Assembly: GCA_035541795.1 (NCBI GenBank)
Contig: DATKMR010000001.1
Span: 584,396 to 648,395, forward strand
Length of the DNA stretch: 64,000 nt
Direction: 5' to 3'
Origin: Bacteroidales bacterium
Lineage (GTDB): Bacteria; Bacteroidota; Bacteroidia; Bacteroidales; VadinHA17
The notes under the pieces are model-generated. The model worked only from the letters and a program-made list of their open reading frames with translations, searched no databases and was not told the DNA's origin. The translations under genes and the position numbers were made by a program. Positions 62,770 through 64,000 of this stretch are shown here, piece after piece; the first letter of the stretch is position 1; the number at the start of each line of letters is the position of its first letter.

Positions 62770-63885
62770 ATGACGAGAAGTGTTGTGAAGAGAGTTATTG
62801 TTGCGGCAGCAGTTATTATTGTTGTCGTATTACTGGGACTGCTCCTGTTAAACTCGGTTCCTGAACCACCGGTCAGGGACGTGACCGAAGCCAGGGAAGC
62901 CCTTGCAAAGGCAAACAGCAACAGGGCAGGAACTTATTCAAGAAAAATATTTGCCGAAGCCAAAGCTGCATACGATTCCGCGATGGCTAACTGGCGAAAG
63001 GAAAACAAGCGGATCATCTTCTTCCGGAACTATTCAAAAGTTAAAGCCTTCGCCAGGCTTTCTGAAAAGAGGTCTCTCGAATCGACCGAATCATCAATTA
63101 CAAGCAGTGAAACCCTCAAAGCACAGCTCAGGGATAAGATCGATTCGCTGAATGGGACGGAAGCTTCAATTGACAACCTGTTTGGCAGGTATCCTCTGCC
63201 TTCGGAAATCAGGACACGAATATCGAACGGCAAAATGCTCCTCACTGAGGGTATAGTGGCTTTTAATAAGGGTCAGTACCTTCCGGCCAGCAGGAAAATA
63301 AATGAGGCTGAATACCTTCTGACAACGGTTTATGAGTCTTCAAAAGATGATCTGAAAAACTATTTCAGGTCATATTCCCTCTGGAAAAAATGGGTACAGA
63401 ATGCAATCAACGATTCAAGAAAGAACGACACATATACCATAATTGTCGATAAATTTTCAAAGAAGTGCTATGTATATCTTTCAGGCACAAAGAAATATGA
63501 ATTCGATGCCGAACTGGGAAGAAACTGGGTCGGGAACAAGCACAGGATGGGAGATAAGGCTACTCCTGAAGGGAACTATAAGATTATCACAAAAATGCAG
63601 GGGAAGGATACTCCGTACCATAAGGCTCTTGCAATAGATTATCCGAATAATGATGATATTGAAAAATTTAAGAGCGATCTTGCAAAGGGAAATATACCGT
63701 CTTACAGCAGGATAGGTGGCGGTATTGAGATTCATGGTGGCGGGGGAAGAGGCGTTGACTGGACCGAGGGCTGTATTGCCCTTACGGATAATGAGATTGA
63801 CCTTGTTTATAACATCGTTAAAGTGGGAACACCGGTAACGATCGTCGGATCGTTAAAAAATATTGATGAAGTTCTTACCAACTGA
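62770..63885 (+). CDS. YkuD/L,D-transpeptidase-family protein with TM anchor and helical N-domain
   Basis: GDKATPEG, DYPN, IEIHG, WTEGCIAL. Confidence 0.88.
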   Translation: MTRSVVKRVIVAAAVIIVVVLLGLLLLNSVPEPPVRDVTEAREALAKANSNRAGTYSRKIFAEAKAAYDSAMANWRKENKRIIFFRNYSKVKAFARLSEKRSLESTESSITSSETLKAQLRDKIDSLNGTEASIDNLFGRYPLPSEIRTRISNGKMLLTEGIVAFNKGQYLPASRKINEAEYLLTTVYESSKDDLKNYFRSYSLWKKWVQNAINDSRKNDTYTIIVDKFSKKCYVYLSGTKKYEFDAELGRNWVGNKHRMGDKATPEGNYKIITKMQGKDTPYHKALAIDYPNNDDIEKFKSDLAKGNIPSYSRIGGGIEIHGGGGRGVDWTEGCIALTDNEIDLVYNIVKVGTPVTIVGSLKNIDEVLTN

Positions 63886-63894
63886 CGTTCAGTT

Positions 63895-64000
63895 ATGGAA
63901 AGTGAAGAAATACTGACCCCGCTGCCTCAGCCTGAAATTAAGGGAAAGAGCGAGCTTTACCAGCTGGTGGAAGGCTTTTTTAAACGGATCTTCTTAAACA
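63895..64000 (+). CDS. Partial CDS, product unknown
   Basis: ATG 9 nt after the previous stop, frame open to the window end (MESEEILTPLPQPEIK...). Confidence 0.55.
   Translation, partial: MESEEILTPLPQPEIKGKSELYQLVEGFFKRIFLN

Overview
Gene-dense, mostly housekeeping chromosomal segment of a Bacteroidota bacterium, probably Bacteroidales (murF-alr fusion, GldB, DUF1573, DUF5686, GWxTD, TAnnTTTG promoter boxes). About 50 CDSs and one tRNA-Ser(GCT); I see no CRISPR array, integrase or transposase. The most interesting region is a Kdo/Kdo8N locus (56.8-61.7 kb). There a KdsA with altered signature motifs is followed by a transaldolase-family domain fused to KdsD-type CBS domains, where the arabinose-5-phosphate isomerase KdsD might be expected, then a KdsC-like phosphatase, convergent with kdnB-kdnA. 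Also notable: a lipoprotein plus YkuD-family enzyme pair, a PP2C plus OLD-like ATPase with an apparently inactive TOPRIM domain, structured repeats around the tRNA, a dual-membrane-spanning anti-sigma candidate, divergent twin ECF promoters and an 11-bp-periodic operator beside a two-component system. All calls come from motifs recognised by eye; no searches were run.
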